Source: Sandaracinaceae bacterium (GTDB taxonomy: Bacteria > Myxococcota_A > Polyangia > Polyangiales > Sandaracinaceae). Taken from it: a stretch of DNA of 53,007 nt. This document shows, one piece after another, positions 1-10,930 of this stretch; within the stretch, counting starts at the first letter, position 1; every line of letters starts with the position of its first letter. The position numbers were made by a program, and so were the translations under genes. Location of the stretch: NCBI GenBank assembly GCA_044220955.1, contig JBGAQA010000045.1:1-53007 (forward strand). The letters are read 5' to 3'. The notes under the pieces are model-generated. The model saw only the letters and a list, made by a program, of their open reading frames with translations. It was not told where the DNA came from and searched no databases.

Positions 1-1
1 G

Positions 2-397
2 GCGCCGCTGACGTCGGGCGATCTCGTGCTCGAGACCGACCGCGGCTGGTTCCAGCTGATCTCCGCCGCGCCCGACCGGCGCCTGCGCACCATGCGCACC
101 CCGAGCGACATCGAGCTGATCGGCGACTGGAGCGACCGCTCCGGCGTCGTCTTGCGGACGACGAGGGCGGTGGACATCCCGTTCCGGGTTGCGCGCATCG
201 ACTACGCACAGCGCGCCGGGAGCCCGGCCGCCGCGAGCACGATCGGCGCGTGGCTCCTCGGCGACGGGTCGGCGCTCCGGATGTCGATCGTGCTCGACGC
301 CGACGACCCGGAGATCGGCCCGCCCGACCGGCTCTGGAGCCACCTCACCCGCAGCGCGCGAGCCGAGCGCGAGATCGTTCTCTTCGGCGCGCGCTGA
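2..397 (+). CDS. hypothetical protein, C-terminal part (runs off the window start)
   Basis: Frame open from position 2 to TGA at 395-397 with GC-rich third positions; converges on rpoD. Confidence 0.6.
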   Translation, partial: APLTSGDLVLETDRGWFQLISAAPDRRLRTMRTPSDIELIGDWSDRSGVVLRTTRAVDIPFRVARIDYAQRAGSPAAASTIGAWLLGDGSALRMSIVLDADDPEIGPPDRLWSHLTRSARAEREIVLFGAR

Positions 398-445
398 CTC
401 AGCCCGAAGGAGCACCGACCGCCGCGCTCTCGGCGACGGCCCTGC

Positions 446-480
446 CCTCACCCCACCCTCTCCCACGAAGTGGGAGAGGG
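446..480. repeat. REP-like palindrome (CCCTCACCCC-type) / hairpin between convergent genes
   Basis: ccctcaccccaCCCTCTCCCAC-gaa-GTGGGAGAGGG: perfect 11-bp stem preceded by a CCCTCACCCC leader. Confidence 0.6.
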
Positions 481-486
481 CTTCTC

Positions 487-2559
<2,073 letters not shown>

Positions 2560-2714
2560 CTGCAAAAGCTCCTGCACCCGTGCCGATTCGTGTGCGCCCG
2601 CTCCCCCGAAGCAGCCGGCCTCTCCGGCGAAACTCGGCGCGCGTGAGAGACGGCCGCCTGAGATCGCTCAAGAATCCGGCTTAGTCAAGGAACGCCGTGT
2701 AGTTTTCTCGCCCG

Positions 2715-4553
2715 TCAGCCGCCCGGGCGGCTTCCGCCCCGGCGGAACAGCTCGTCCCTCTCCCGCATGAGGGACGTCGCCCGGTCCGTCTCGCCGCTCC
2801 GGAGCGCCTCCTTGATCGCCCGCTCCAGCTCGCTCCGGCGGCGGGCCAGCGCCTCGCTTCGCAGGCGGGCCAGGGCGCTCGCGAGGAACGCCTCCCCCCC
2901 TCCCAGCTCGTGCTCCGGCCTGGCGAGGCGGCCGCCGAGCCACTCCCGGAGCCCCTCCGCCGCCCCGGCCAAGAGGAGCGGGGCGTCGAGACTGCCGCGA
3001 TCCTCCATCATTCGCGCGGCCATCCGGACGACCGAGCGCAGCTCGGGGCTGGTCATCAGCTCGACGAAGCGCTCGCCGCCGTCCCCACCGAAGAGCACCG
3101 GGCAGTCGAGGAGCGCTCCGACGATGTCCTTCTCGAGCGCCGGCACGACGATCGGCGGCGCGGGCGCCGGCAGCTCGGAAGCCTTGGCCTCCATCGTGCT
3201 TCGCTCCCGCGTCGCCGGCTGCCGGGCCCCCTTGGTCAGTGCGCGACGAACGGCGTTCAGGTCCGCGATCTGGAAGGCCTGCGCGACCCGCTCGACGTAG
3301 AGGCCTCGCTCGACGGGGCTCTCGATGCGCCGCAGCACCGGACCCAGCTCCTCGACGGCGCGAGCGCGCGCCGCCGGGTCCGAGCCCGCCTCGCCCGCGG
3401 CCGACTCGATGAGGTGGTCGACGATGGGCGGGGCCGCTGCACAGAGCTGCTTGAACGCGTCGGCGCCCTTCTCGCGGATGAACGAGTCGGGGTCGGCCTT
3501 GCCGGGCAGCGCGACCACGCGCGAGGCCAGCTGGGCCTCGGCCAGGAGCGGGAACGCCTTCTTCACGGCCTCCTTCCCGGCGCGATCGCCGTCGAAGACG
3601 ACGAGCACCTTGGTCACGTACTTGCGCAGCACCTTGGCCTGCATGGGCGTGAACGCCGTCCCGAGCGGCGCGACGACGTTCTTGAACCCGGCCTGGTGCA
3701 CGGCGACGACGTCGAAGTTGCCTTCGCAGAGGATCGCCTCGCCCTCGCGGCGCAGCTCGACGCGCGCCTCGTTCAGGCCGAAGAGCAGCTCTCCCTTCTT
3801 GTAGAGCGGGCCCTCGGGGCTGTTCACGTACTTGGCGGGCGCCTCCTCCGGCTCCCGCTCGCCCGGAGGGGTCGGCAGCGCGCGCCCCGAGAACGCGACG
3901 ATGTGCCCGTCGTGGGTCGCGATCGGGAACATGAGGCGGTGCCGGAAGCGATCGTAGTGGCCATCGCCGCTGCGGCGCGGGACCACGAGGCCGACCTCCT
4001 CGCACTCGGCGGGCGAGTAGCCCTTCTGAGCGAGGAAGGTCGCGAGCCCGTCCCAGCCGTGCGGCGCGTACCCGAGCCGGTAGGTCGCCGCGACCTCGGG
4101 CGTGACGTGGCGCTTCTCGATCTCGGCGCGCGCCATCGAGCCGAGCGGGTGCTCGGAGAGCATGCGGAGGTAGTAGCCGGCCGCCGCCTCGGTGATCGAC
4201 ACGAGCCGCGAGCGCCGCTCGCGCTGCTGGCGGTGGGCCGACTCCTCGCGAGGATCGGCGACGGGGATCTCCACGCCGGAGCGCTCCGCCAGGCGCCGCA
4301 GGGCCTCGGGGAAGGGGACGCCCTCGAGGCGGGTGATGAACGTGAACACGTCGCCCGACGCCTGGCAGCCGAAGCAGTGGAAGAACTGCCGCTGCGGGTG
4401 CACGTAGAACGAGGGCGACTTCTCCGGGTGGAAGGGGCAGAGCCCCTTGAACGAGGCGCCGGAGCGCTTGAGGGCCACGTGCTCGCCGATGAGCGAGACG
4501 ATGTCCGTCTGCTCGCGGATGCGCGCGATGACCTCTTCCCCTGCGAACGCCAC
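2715..4553 (-). CDS. dnaG: DNA primase
   Basis: CHC2 zinc finger (CPFH...CFGC), DRFRHRLMFPI, KYVNSPE, TOPRIM motifs EG and DGD; directly upstream of rpoD. Confidence 0.98.
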   Translation of the reverse strand: MAFAGEEVIARIREQTDIVSLIGEHVALKRSGASFKGLCPFHPEKSPSFYVHPQRQFFHCFGCQASGDVFTFITRLEGVPFPEALRRLAERSGVEIPVADPREESAHRQQRERRSRLVSITEAAAGYYLRMLSEHPLGSMARAEIEKRHVTPEVAATYRLGYAPHGWDGLATFLAQKGYSPAECEEVGLVVPRRSGDGHYDRFRHRLMFPIATHDGHIVAFSGRALPTPPGEREPEEAPAKYVNSPEGPLYKKGELLFGLNEARVELRREGEAILCEGNFDVVAVHQAGFKNVVAPLGTAFTPMQAKVLRKYVTKVLVVFDGDRAGKEAVKKAFPLLAEAQLASRVVALPGKADPDSFIREKGADAFKQLCAAAPPIVDHLIESAAGEAGSDPAARARAVEELGPVLRRIESPVERGLYVERVAQAFQIADLNAVRRALTKGARQPATRERSTMEAKASELPAPAPPIVVPALEKDIVGALLDCPVLFGGDGGERFVELMTSPELRSVVRMAARMMEDRGSLDAPLLLAGAAEGLREWLGGRLARPEHELGGGEAFLASALARLRSEALARRRSELERAIKEALRSGETDRATSLMRERDELFRRGGSRPGG

Positions 4554-4599
4554 GGCCGGGTGATCTGATCGACGCGCGCACGCCGCGCCAGCCGGCTCC

Positions 4600-6417
4600 T
4601 CAGAGCGTCGGCAGCACGTAGCTCGTCGCCTGGAGCGGCACGCCGACGTCGCGGTACTCCACGTCGGCGTGCAGCCGCTCGGGGTCGAAGCCGGGGACCT
4701 GGACGCAGGCCCCGACGTCGGCGTGCGAGACGACGCCGTGCGCGAGGTCCATCGCCGCGTCTTCGAGCACCACCACGCCGCACGGGCTCGCGCCGTCGAC
4801 TTCGAACGACGTCAGGCGGACCGACGAGCGCCACGCGGCCGAGACGCCGAAGCCGCCCGCGTTCTCGGGGCAGCTCGAGCGCGCGCACTCGGCCTCCGCG
4901 ACGCCCTGCACGCTCGTGTCGTGACCGACGATGCTGCCGTCGACGTTGGCGATGATCCCGAAGGTGTGGGTCGTCCGGACCGCGACCCGCTCGAGCACGG
5001 CGCTCCCCCCGCGCTGCGCGATGAGGCCCGCGCCGAGCAGGCTCGTGGCCGCGTCGGGGAGCACGTCCTCGATGCGGACGTCGGTCGCCACGAGCGTCGA
5101 GCCGGCCGACTCGACCCAGATCCCCGCCTCGTGGGGCCGGAAGATCGCGACGCGCTCGAGCGAGACGGCGCCACCCTCGAAGACCTGCACGCCGCGCCCG
5201 TAGCGCATGGAGGGACTCGTCGGGAAGACGTCGCGCACGATCGCGTCGACGACGTCGAGCGTCGCGCCGGCGCCGAACGAGAAGAATCCGTCGATCGCCG
5301 TGCGCTCGACCAGGACGCGCTCGACGCGCGCGTGCCCGCCGTCCGCCGCCACGACCGCGTCCGCGTCGGCCTTGCGGAGCATCGCCTGCCGGATCTCGAG
5401 CGTGGCGCCGGCTCCGGTCGCGAGGGCGAGGTACTCCGTGGCGCCCGAGAGCTGGACGCGGGTGAGGACGAGGCGCGCGCCCGCCCCCGCGACGGCCGCG
5501 ATGCCGGGGAGCATGCCCAGCGCTCGGACCCCGTCGACGGCGATGTCCTCGCCCTCGAGCGCAGAGGCGCCGTCGTGCACGGCGATGCCAGCGCCCCCGC
5601 TCTCGACGATCAGCGCACGCGTCACGCGGACGCTGCTGCCGCCGCCGACGTCGATGCCGACCCCCGCGGGCGCCGTCGCGACGAGCGCGATCCGGTCGAG
5701 CGTCGTCGTCCCGCGCGCGACGCCGATCGCCGCGTTCTGCCACGCGCGGACCTCCACCTGCTCGACGCGCACGCTCGTGCCCTCCGCGCGGATCGCGCCG
5801 CGCCCGGGCGCCTCGATCGCGACGTCGCGCAGCGTCGCGTCGCCCCCCATGACGATCAACGCCGCCCCGTCGATGACGTCGCTCGTGATCACGGTGTCCT
5901 CGACGCACGCTCCGACGAGCGACTGGCCCGAGCCGAGAGAGACTCCCCTCTCGCGGTAGCGTCCGGTCGCGAGCGCGAAGACCGCCGGGCCCGGCGTGGC
6001 CGTCAGCGCGTCGGCGAGCGTCGCGAACGCGGTGGCCGGCGCACGGCCGTCGCCGCCCGGCGCGGCGTCGTCGTCGATGAAGACCACCGCTCGGCCCGCG
6101 GGAAGCGTCGCGGGGAAGCCGTCCGCTGCGCACGGGCTGCCGACGCGCACGCAGGCAGGCTCGCCCGGGTACACGAAGCTCGCGCGCTCGCAGGTGGGGC
6201 GCGCGCCGTCCCACGGAGCGCAGGCCGGCAGGCCCTCGAACGTCACCGCCGCCCAGCCCGGCTCGCATGCGCCGAACGCCGGCGGCGCGGGGGCCACGAC
6301 GCTCCGCGCCGCGTCCGCGGGCGCGGCGGCGTCCGGCCCTGCGGCGGGCGCGCCGCCGGCGCACCCGGCGAGCGCGAGGACGCAGACCCACGGAGCCCGA
6401 GCGCACCAGCCGTCCAC
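4600..6417 (-). CDS. lipoprotein with right-handed parallel beta-helix repeats
   Basis: Lipobox LAGC; GDG..PATAFATLADAL motif and repeated 'G...V/LERV.I' beta-helix turns; start uncertain. Confidence 0.7.
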   Translation of the reverse strand: MDGWCARAPWVCVLALAGCAGGAPAAGPDAAAPADAARSVVAPAPPAFGACEPGWAAVTFEGLPACAPWDGARPTCERASFVYPGEPACVRVGSPCAADGFPATLPAGRAVVFIDDDAAPGGDGRAPATAFATLADALTATPGPAVFALATGRYRERGVSLGSGQSLVGACVEDTVITSDVIDGAALIVMGGDATLRDVAIEAPGRGAIRAEGTSVRVEQVEVRAWQNAAIGVARGTTTLDRIALVATAPAGVGIDVGGGSSVRVTRALIVESGGAGIAVHDGASALEGEDIAVDGVRALGMLPGIAAVAGAGARLVLTRVQLSGATEYLALATGAGATLEIRQAMLRKADADAVVAADGGHARVERVLVERTAIDGFFSFGAGATLDVVDAIVRDVFPTSPSMRYGRGVQVFEGGAVSLERVAIFRPHEAGIWVESAGSTLVATDVRIEDVLPDAATSLLGAGLIAQRGGSAVLERVAVRTTHTFGIIANVDGSIVGHDTSVQGVAEAECARSSCPENAGGFGVSAAWRSSVRLTSFEVDGASPCGVVVLEDAAMDLAHGVVSHADVGACVQVPGFDPERLHADVEYRDVGVPLQATSYVLPTL

Positions 6418-6506
6418 GCCCCGAGCCTGCGGGAGTCGGCCCGCTCGAACAAGGAGACGCGCGTCCCAGCACGGCTCGCCGTGGTAGCTTCGGCGCCGTG
6501 TCACGG

Positions 6507-6968
6507 ATGCTCGCGGCCTGCGCGGCGTGCGCGTTGCTCGTGGGTTGCACCCCGACGAGGCGCTACGAGTCCGTCTGCCAGCTCATCCGGCGCGAGGTCG
6601 TCGAGACGGACGCCGACGGACGCCCCACGATCGTCGACGTGGAGCTCGAGTGGGACCCGTGCCCGGGTGATCAGTTCCAGGCCGTTCGCGGCGACGCCGC
6701 GTTCGCCGAGTGCATGGCGCAATACGAAGTGGGCGACGCACTGCCCGTCGTGATCCGGCACTGGTGGGACAGCCGCGGCTACTACGTCTGGGACCTCGAG
6801 TCGGTCGGCGGGTGCGCGCACGCGATCGAGCCAGGCGCCGAGGGCTCGTTCGAGAAGTCGCAGGAGTGCCACGACGTCGTGCGCCACGGGCTCGCGGTGG
6901 GCTTCGAGTGCAACCGGCAGCCCTTCGAGCAGCTCGTGTCCGTCTGCCCGTGGATGGCCCGCGAGTGA
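6507..6968 (+). CDS. Cys-rich hypothetical lipoprotein
   Basis: LLVGC lipobox followed by a globular, codon-biased domain with several Cys; start 6498 or 6507. Confidence 0.7.
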   Translation: MLAACAACALLVGCTPTRRYESVCQLIRREVVETDADGRPTIVDVELEWDPCPGDQFQAVRGDAAFAECMAQYEVGDALPVVIRHWWDSRGYYVWDLESVGGCAHAIEPGAEGSFEKSQECHDVVRHGLAVGFECNRQPFEQLVSVCPWMARE

Positions 6969-7009
6969 CGCGCGATCGGTGCCCGGCGTAGCCGGGGCCC
7001 CATCCCTCA

Positions 7010-7573
7010 CTACGGCCGCGACCAGCTCGTCCCGTCGGCGCAGCCCACGCGCTCGACCTGTGCGAGCGCGATCGAGCCGATGTCCGGGTGGTGGAGCGGG
7101 TACTCCTGGAAGGCCGACCCGCCCGGCGCGAGGTCGAGATCGGTGGCGTGGAACGCGACGTAGTGCTCACCCGCGCGGTTGAGCCTCGCCGGCCGCCCCC
7201 AGGCGTCGAAGCCGTATGCGACGCCCTCGACCTCCCGCACGGCGCACGTGCCGTGGTTCACCAGCGTCACGTGCAGGAACATCTCGCCGTCGCTGCGGCC
7301 GACGGAGCCGACCGGGACCCGCACCGGGTCGTCGGCGACGAGCGCCCGCAGCGCGGCGCGCGCCCGCTGGATGGGCATCGCCGCGAGCACGCGGGTGCCC
7401 GCGGCGGGCGTCGGATCGGCGTCGCCCTCGCTCGACCGACGCACGTCGTCCTCGCCGAGGATGACGGGCTCGGACCACTGCCGCTCGAGCTGCCAGCGCC
7501 CCGCGAACCAGCCGACGGTCAGTCCGACCACCAGCACGACGAGGACGATCGCGATGACCCTGATGCGTGTCAC
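7010..7573 (-). CDS. membrane-anchored periplasmic protein, possible Ig-like (FxLYD-like) domain
   Basis: N-terminal hydrophobic helix; beta-rich C-terminus (VTLVNHG...YGFDAWG...LAPGGS); starts 1 bp after the channel stop. Confidence 0.7.
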   Translation of the reverse strand: MTRIRVIAIVLVVLVVGLTVGWFAGRWQLERQWSEPVILGEDDVRRSSEGDADPTPAAGTRVLAAMPIQRARAALRALVADDPVRVPVGSVGRSDGEMFLHVTLVNHGTCAVREVEGVAYGFDAWGRPARLNRAGEHYVAFHATDLDLAPGGSAFQEYPLHHPDIGSIALAQVERVGCADGTSWSRP

Positions 7574-7574
7574 G

Positions 7575-8708
7575 TCAGATCCACACGGCGGCGATCAGCA
7601 TCGCGATGGTGATCGGCGGGATGAGGTTGCGGGAGAGAACGAACACCCTGTCCACCTTCGACTCGTCGACCACGAAGAACGCCCAGGTCGAGACCATGTT
7701 CAGGAAGAGCGAGACGTAGAGCGCCAGCATGACCTTGTCGGCGCGCGTGAGGTAGCCCGTCGCCGGCAGCGACTGCATGAGCGAGTAGTGGAAGAGCACG
7801 GCCGCCGCGAGCATCGGCGCCCCCGTCGCGCTGCGCACGTCGACGCGCGCCGGCGGGATCCAGAGGCCCGTCAGGCCGATGAGGATGATGATCAGGGCGG
7901 GGACGAAGACGCTGAACGCGGCGGACGTGCCGAAGCGCTCGATGTTCGTCTCGAAGACGTAGCGCGACACGTAGAGATCGTCGCGATCGAAGCGCGGTGG
8001 ATAGAGGTGCCGGTACGCGCGCGCCCCGACGGTCGCGACGCCCCAGCCGGCGACGGAGAACCCCTCGTCGAGCGACGTACGGTTCGGATCGGCCTCGAAC
8101 ACGATCTGATCGACGCCCTCGCGCTGGGCCTCCATCTCGATGCGGAGCGCCTGCGTGTCGAACGGATAGTGACGGAGATCCACCGGGCTCGTGAAGGTGC
8201 CGGCCAGCCGGTAGACCTTGAGCGTCGGCGTGTCGACGAGCACGACGGTGTCGAGCTCGGAGCCGTTCGTGAAGCGCACCTCGATCTCCGGCATCGCGCG
8301 GTCGCCCGTCAGCGAGAGGAAATAGTCGGCCTCGAACGACCCCGTGTGGATGTCGTAGTCGCGGATGTGGTTGAGCACGAGGCCCACGCGTACGCGCGCG
8401 GGTGTGCCGAAGCGCGGATGCGCGAGCGCCGATCGATAGCGTCCCTCGCGGTGGATCGGGACCAGGCCCGTGCCGAGCGCGATCTGCTGCTCCTCGCTGA
8501 GGGAGGGGTCGACGTCCTCGGGCCCCTGCAAGACGGCATAGTCGATCGGCGAGAGCGGCGCTCCGACGTCGGCGTCCTCTCCCGGCGCCGCCGCGTCGAG
8601 GCCCGCGTCCGGCGTCGCCTCTTGCGCCTCGAGCCCGCCCGTCGTCACGGCCGCACCGACCCCGAGCGCCAACGAGACGACGACGATCAGCCCCCGCACC
8701 GGTCTCAC
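7575..8708 (-). CDS. pentameric ligand-gated ion channel (Pro-loop/Cys-loop family, GLIC/ELIC-like)
   Basis: Signal peptide; beta1-2 (VRVGLVLNHIRDYDIHTGSFEADYFL); Pro-loop DLRHYPFDTQ; pre-M1 IER; four TM helices with M2-M3 loop SLPATGYLTRAD. Confidence 0.88.
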   Translation of the reverse strand: MRPVRGLIVVVSLALGVGAAVTTGGLEAQEATPDAGLDAAAPGEDADVGAPLSPIDYAVLQGPEDVDPSLSEEQQIALGTGLVPIHREGRYRSALAHPRFGTPARVRVGLVLNHIRDYDIHTGSFEADYFLSLTGDRAMPEIEVRFTNGSELDTVVLVDTPTLKVYRLAGTFTSPVDLRHYPFDTQALRIEMEAQREGVDQIVFEADPNRTSLDEGFSVAGWGVATVGARAYRHLYPPRFDRDDLYVSRYVFETNIERFGTSAAFSVFVPALIIILIGLTGLWIPPARVDVRSATGAPMLAAAVLFHYSLMQSLPATGYLTRADKVMLALYVSLFLNMVSTWAFFVVDESKVDRVFVLSRNLIPPITIAMLIAAVWI

Positions 8709-8748
8709 GGGCCGAACCTACCAGACTCGCGACGAACGTGGGCCGCTC

Positions 8749-9453
8749 TCACGCTCGCCGCGAGCGCACGAGGTCGAGCAGCGGCTCGATGCCCTCGCGC
8801 CGATCGAGCGGCGTGGCGGGGATCCGGCGCTGCACGAGCTCGCCGAGGACCATGCTGCCGTACGCGAGGTCGGCGCCCCAGATGGCGTGCACGGTCCCCT
8901 TCGGCGAGCGCTGCAGCAGCGTGGCGAGGTCGACGGGCTCGATCGACGGGAACTCGACGGCGTCGACGAGCACGATCGGCGGCAGCCGCCCGCCCTTGAC
9001 GCGCGCCGAGAGCTCGTCGTGGGTCGTGAACGTCCGCGTGGTGATGCGTCCGGGCCCGAGCGCCGCCTCGAGGCGCATCGCGAGATCCTCCCGCCCGGAG
9101 AGCACGAGCACTGCGACCGCGCCCTTGTCGAGCGAGATCTCGAGGGTGATCTCGAGGTCCCGCACCTGCGCCCGCGACATCGGCGCGATCGGCGTGGCCG
9201 CCGGGCCCACGATCGTCCGGAGCATTCCGACGAGCTCGTCGATGATCAGGTCGGCCTCGGCGCCCCGGACACGCCGGCCGAGCACGCGCGCGAGCGGGCC
9301 CTCGACGAGCGCGAGCGTCGCCTCGCCGCTGGCTGGCGGGCGGCCTCCCACCTCCGCGAGGGCCTCGAAGAGGATGCTCGACGCCAGCTCCGGCGCGACG
9401 AGCGACTCGAGCTTCTCGCGGACGAGCTTGAGCTCTGGGCGCTCCAGGTTCAT
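8749..9453 (-). CDS. hypothetical protein with C-terminal atypical receiver-like domain
   Basis: beta/alpha pattern AVLVLSG...IVLVD..P typical of a CheY fold, but no acidic pair after beta1 and no obvious conserved Lys. Confidence 0.55.
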   Translation of the reverse strand: MNLERPELKLVREKLESLVAPELASSILFEALAEVGGRPPASGEATLALVEGPLARVLGRRVRGAEADLIIDELVGMLRTIVGPAATPIAPMSRAQVRDLEITLEISLDKGAVAVLVLSGREDLAMRLEAALGPGRITTRTFTTHDELSARVKGGRLPPIVLVDAVEFPSIEPVDLATLLQRSPKGTVHAIWGADLAYGSMVLGELVQRRIPATPLDRREGIEPLLDLVRSRRA

Positions 9454-9473
9454 CGCAGGACCAGGCTAGCTCT

Positions 9474-10805
9474 TCACGCGCGATCCAGAAACCCCTCGTC
9501 GTACTGGCACGCGCGAAACGACTCGTGGTTCAGCGCGCGGCGCAGCAGGCGCAGGTTCGTCACGAGGGGGCCGATGCGCGTCTCGGCGACGATGCGGTCG
9601 AGCGCCAGCACCGCCTCGTGCCGGGTCGGCGCGTAGGTCGTGACCGTCGCGACCGTCGGATCGTGGTCGGCCGTGATGCGGGAGCGCGCCTGGATCCCCG
9701 TCTCGATCCGGACCCGACCCGTGGGCGCGGGCGGCCAGCGCACCTCGTCGGCCTTTCCGGCGAACGGGCGACCGTCGGCCGGGTTCACCGCCGCGTCGAT
9801 GCGGGCCTGCACGGCGTGACCGGTCGGCTCCGCGCGGAGCACCGCGTCCGGGACGCCCTGCCCGAGCGCCAGCATCACCTCGACCTCGACGAGATCCACG
9901 TTCGCGCACATCTCGACCAGCGCGTGCTCGGGCGAGAGGCGCGGCACGAAGCCCACGAAGTAGAACGCCCCGCGCGCGTCGATCAGGAACTGCACGGAGC
10001 CGACGCCCCGGAAGCCGGAGTACGCCACGAGATCGAACGCCGCCGCCCAGATGGCCGCTCGCACCTCTTCCCTGCCGTGGAGCGCGTCGATCGCCGGCGC
10101 CGGCGACTCCCCGAGGACGCGGCGGTGATCCTTGCGCGCGCTCGTCTCGAGGTCGCCCAGCACGCCGATGTGGCCCTTGCCGTCCGCGGCGACCTGCACC
10201 TCGACGTGGCGCGGGCGGTCGATGTGCCGCTCGAGCACCACGGCCGCCCCCGGGAGCTCGAGCCCCGCGAGGTGCGCCTCGAGCTGCGCCTCGTCCTCGG
10301 CCACGAGGAGCACCCGCGGCTCCGACACGCCCACCGCGCGCTTGACCACCAGCGGATAGCCGAGCCCCTCGGCCTCGGCGCGAGCTTGCTCGATCGTCCC
10401 GGCCGGCGCGTTGCTCGCGGGGAGCACGCGCACGCCCGCCTCGATGGCGGCTTCCCGCAGCGCGAGCCGATCGCGGTGCAGCACGAGCACCTCGGCCGAG
10501 GGGCCGACGAGGGCGACGCCGGCCGCCTCCGCGCGCCGCGGGAGCTCGAGGCTCTCGTCGAAGAATCCGTACCCGGGATGGATCGCCTGGCAGCCGTTCG
10601 CCACGGCGGTCCCGACGATCACCGTCGCGTCCGTGTGGTTCTCGCTCGGTCCGATCCGAGCCACCGAGTCGCACGCCTGCGCGTGGACGGAGTCTTCCTC
10701 TCCGTCGGCGCAGGTGGCCACGGTGTCGGCGCCGAGACGCCGGCAGGTGCGCGCGACGCGCGCGGCGATCTCGCCACGACCGGCGACCAGGATCTTCTCG
10801 AACAT
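9474..10805 (-). CDS. biotin carboxylase homologue with degenerate ATP/Mg site (probable pseudoenzyme)
   Basis: MFEKILVAGRGEIA, IHPGYGF, PRHVEVQV and TNL motifs; T-loop and EMNTR motif altered. Confidence 0.85.
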   Translation of the reverse strand: MFEKILVAGRGEIAARVARTCRRLGADTVATCADGEEDSVHAQACDSVARIGPSENHTDATVIVGTAVANGCQAIHPGYGFFDESLELPRRAEAAGVALVGPSAEVLVLHRDRLALREAAIEAGVRVLPASNAPAGTIEQARAEAEGLGYPLVVKRAVGVSEPRVLLVAEDEAQLEAHLAGLELPGAAVVLERHIDRPRHVEVQVAADGKGHIGVLGDLETSARKDHRRVLGESPAPAIDALHGREEVRAAIWAAAFDLVAYSGFRGVGSVQFLIDARGAFYFVGFVPRLSPEHALVEMCANVDLVEVEVMLALGQGVPDAVLRAEPTGHAVQARIDAAVNPADGRPFAGKADEVRWPPAPTGRVRIETGIQARSRITADHDPTVATVTTYAPTRHEAVLALDRIVAETRIGPLVTNLRLLRRALNHESFRACQYDEGFLDRA

Positions 10806-10930
10806 GGCGCCGAGCGTAGTACGGGCTGGCCTGTGCGCACGAGGTGTCTCGCGCCCTCGCGCGGAGCGTGAGGCACCCCGCGAGCGCGAGCTCGACGGAT
10901 CTGGGGTTAGAGTGCGCGCCCGGAGGCCCG

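Noticed and set aside
9474..10805. Assigning the symbol accC
   Set aside because: Key catalytic residues appear absent and there is no accB neighbour.
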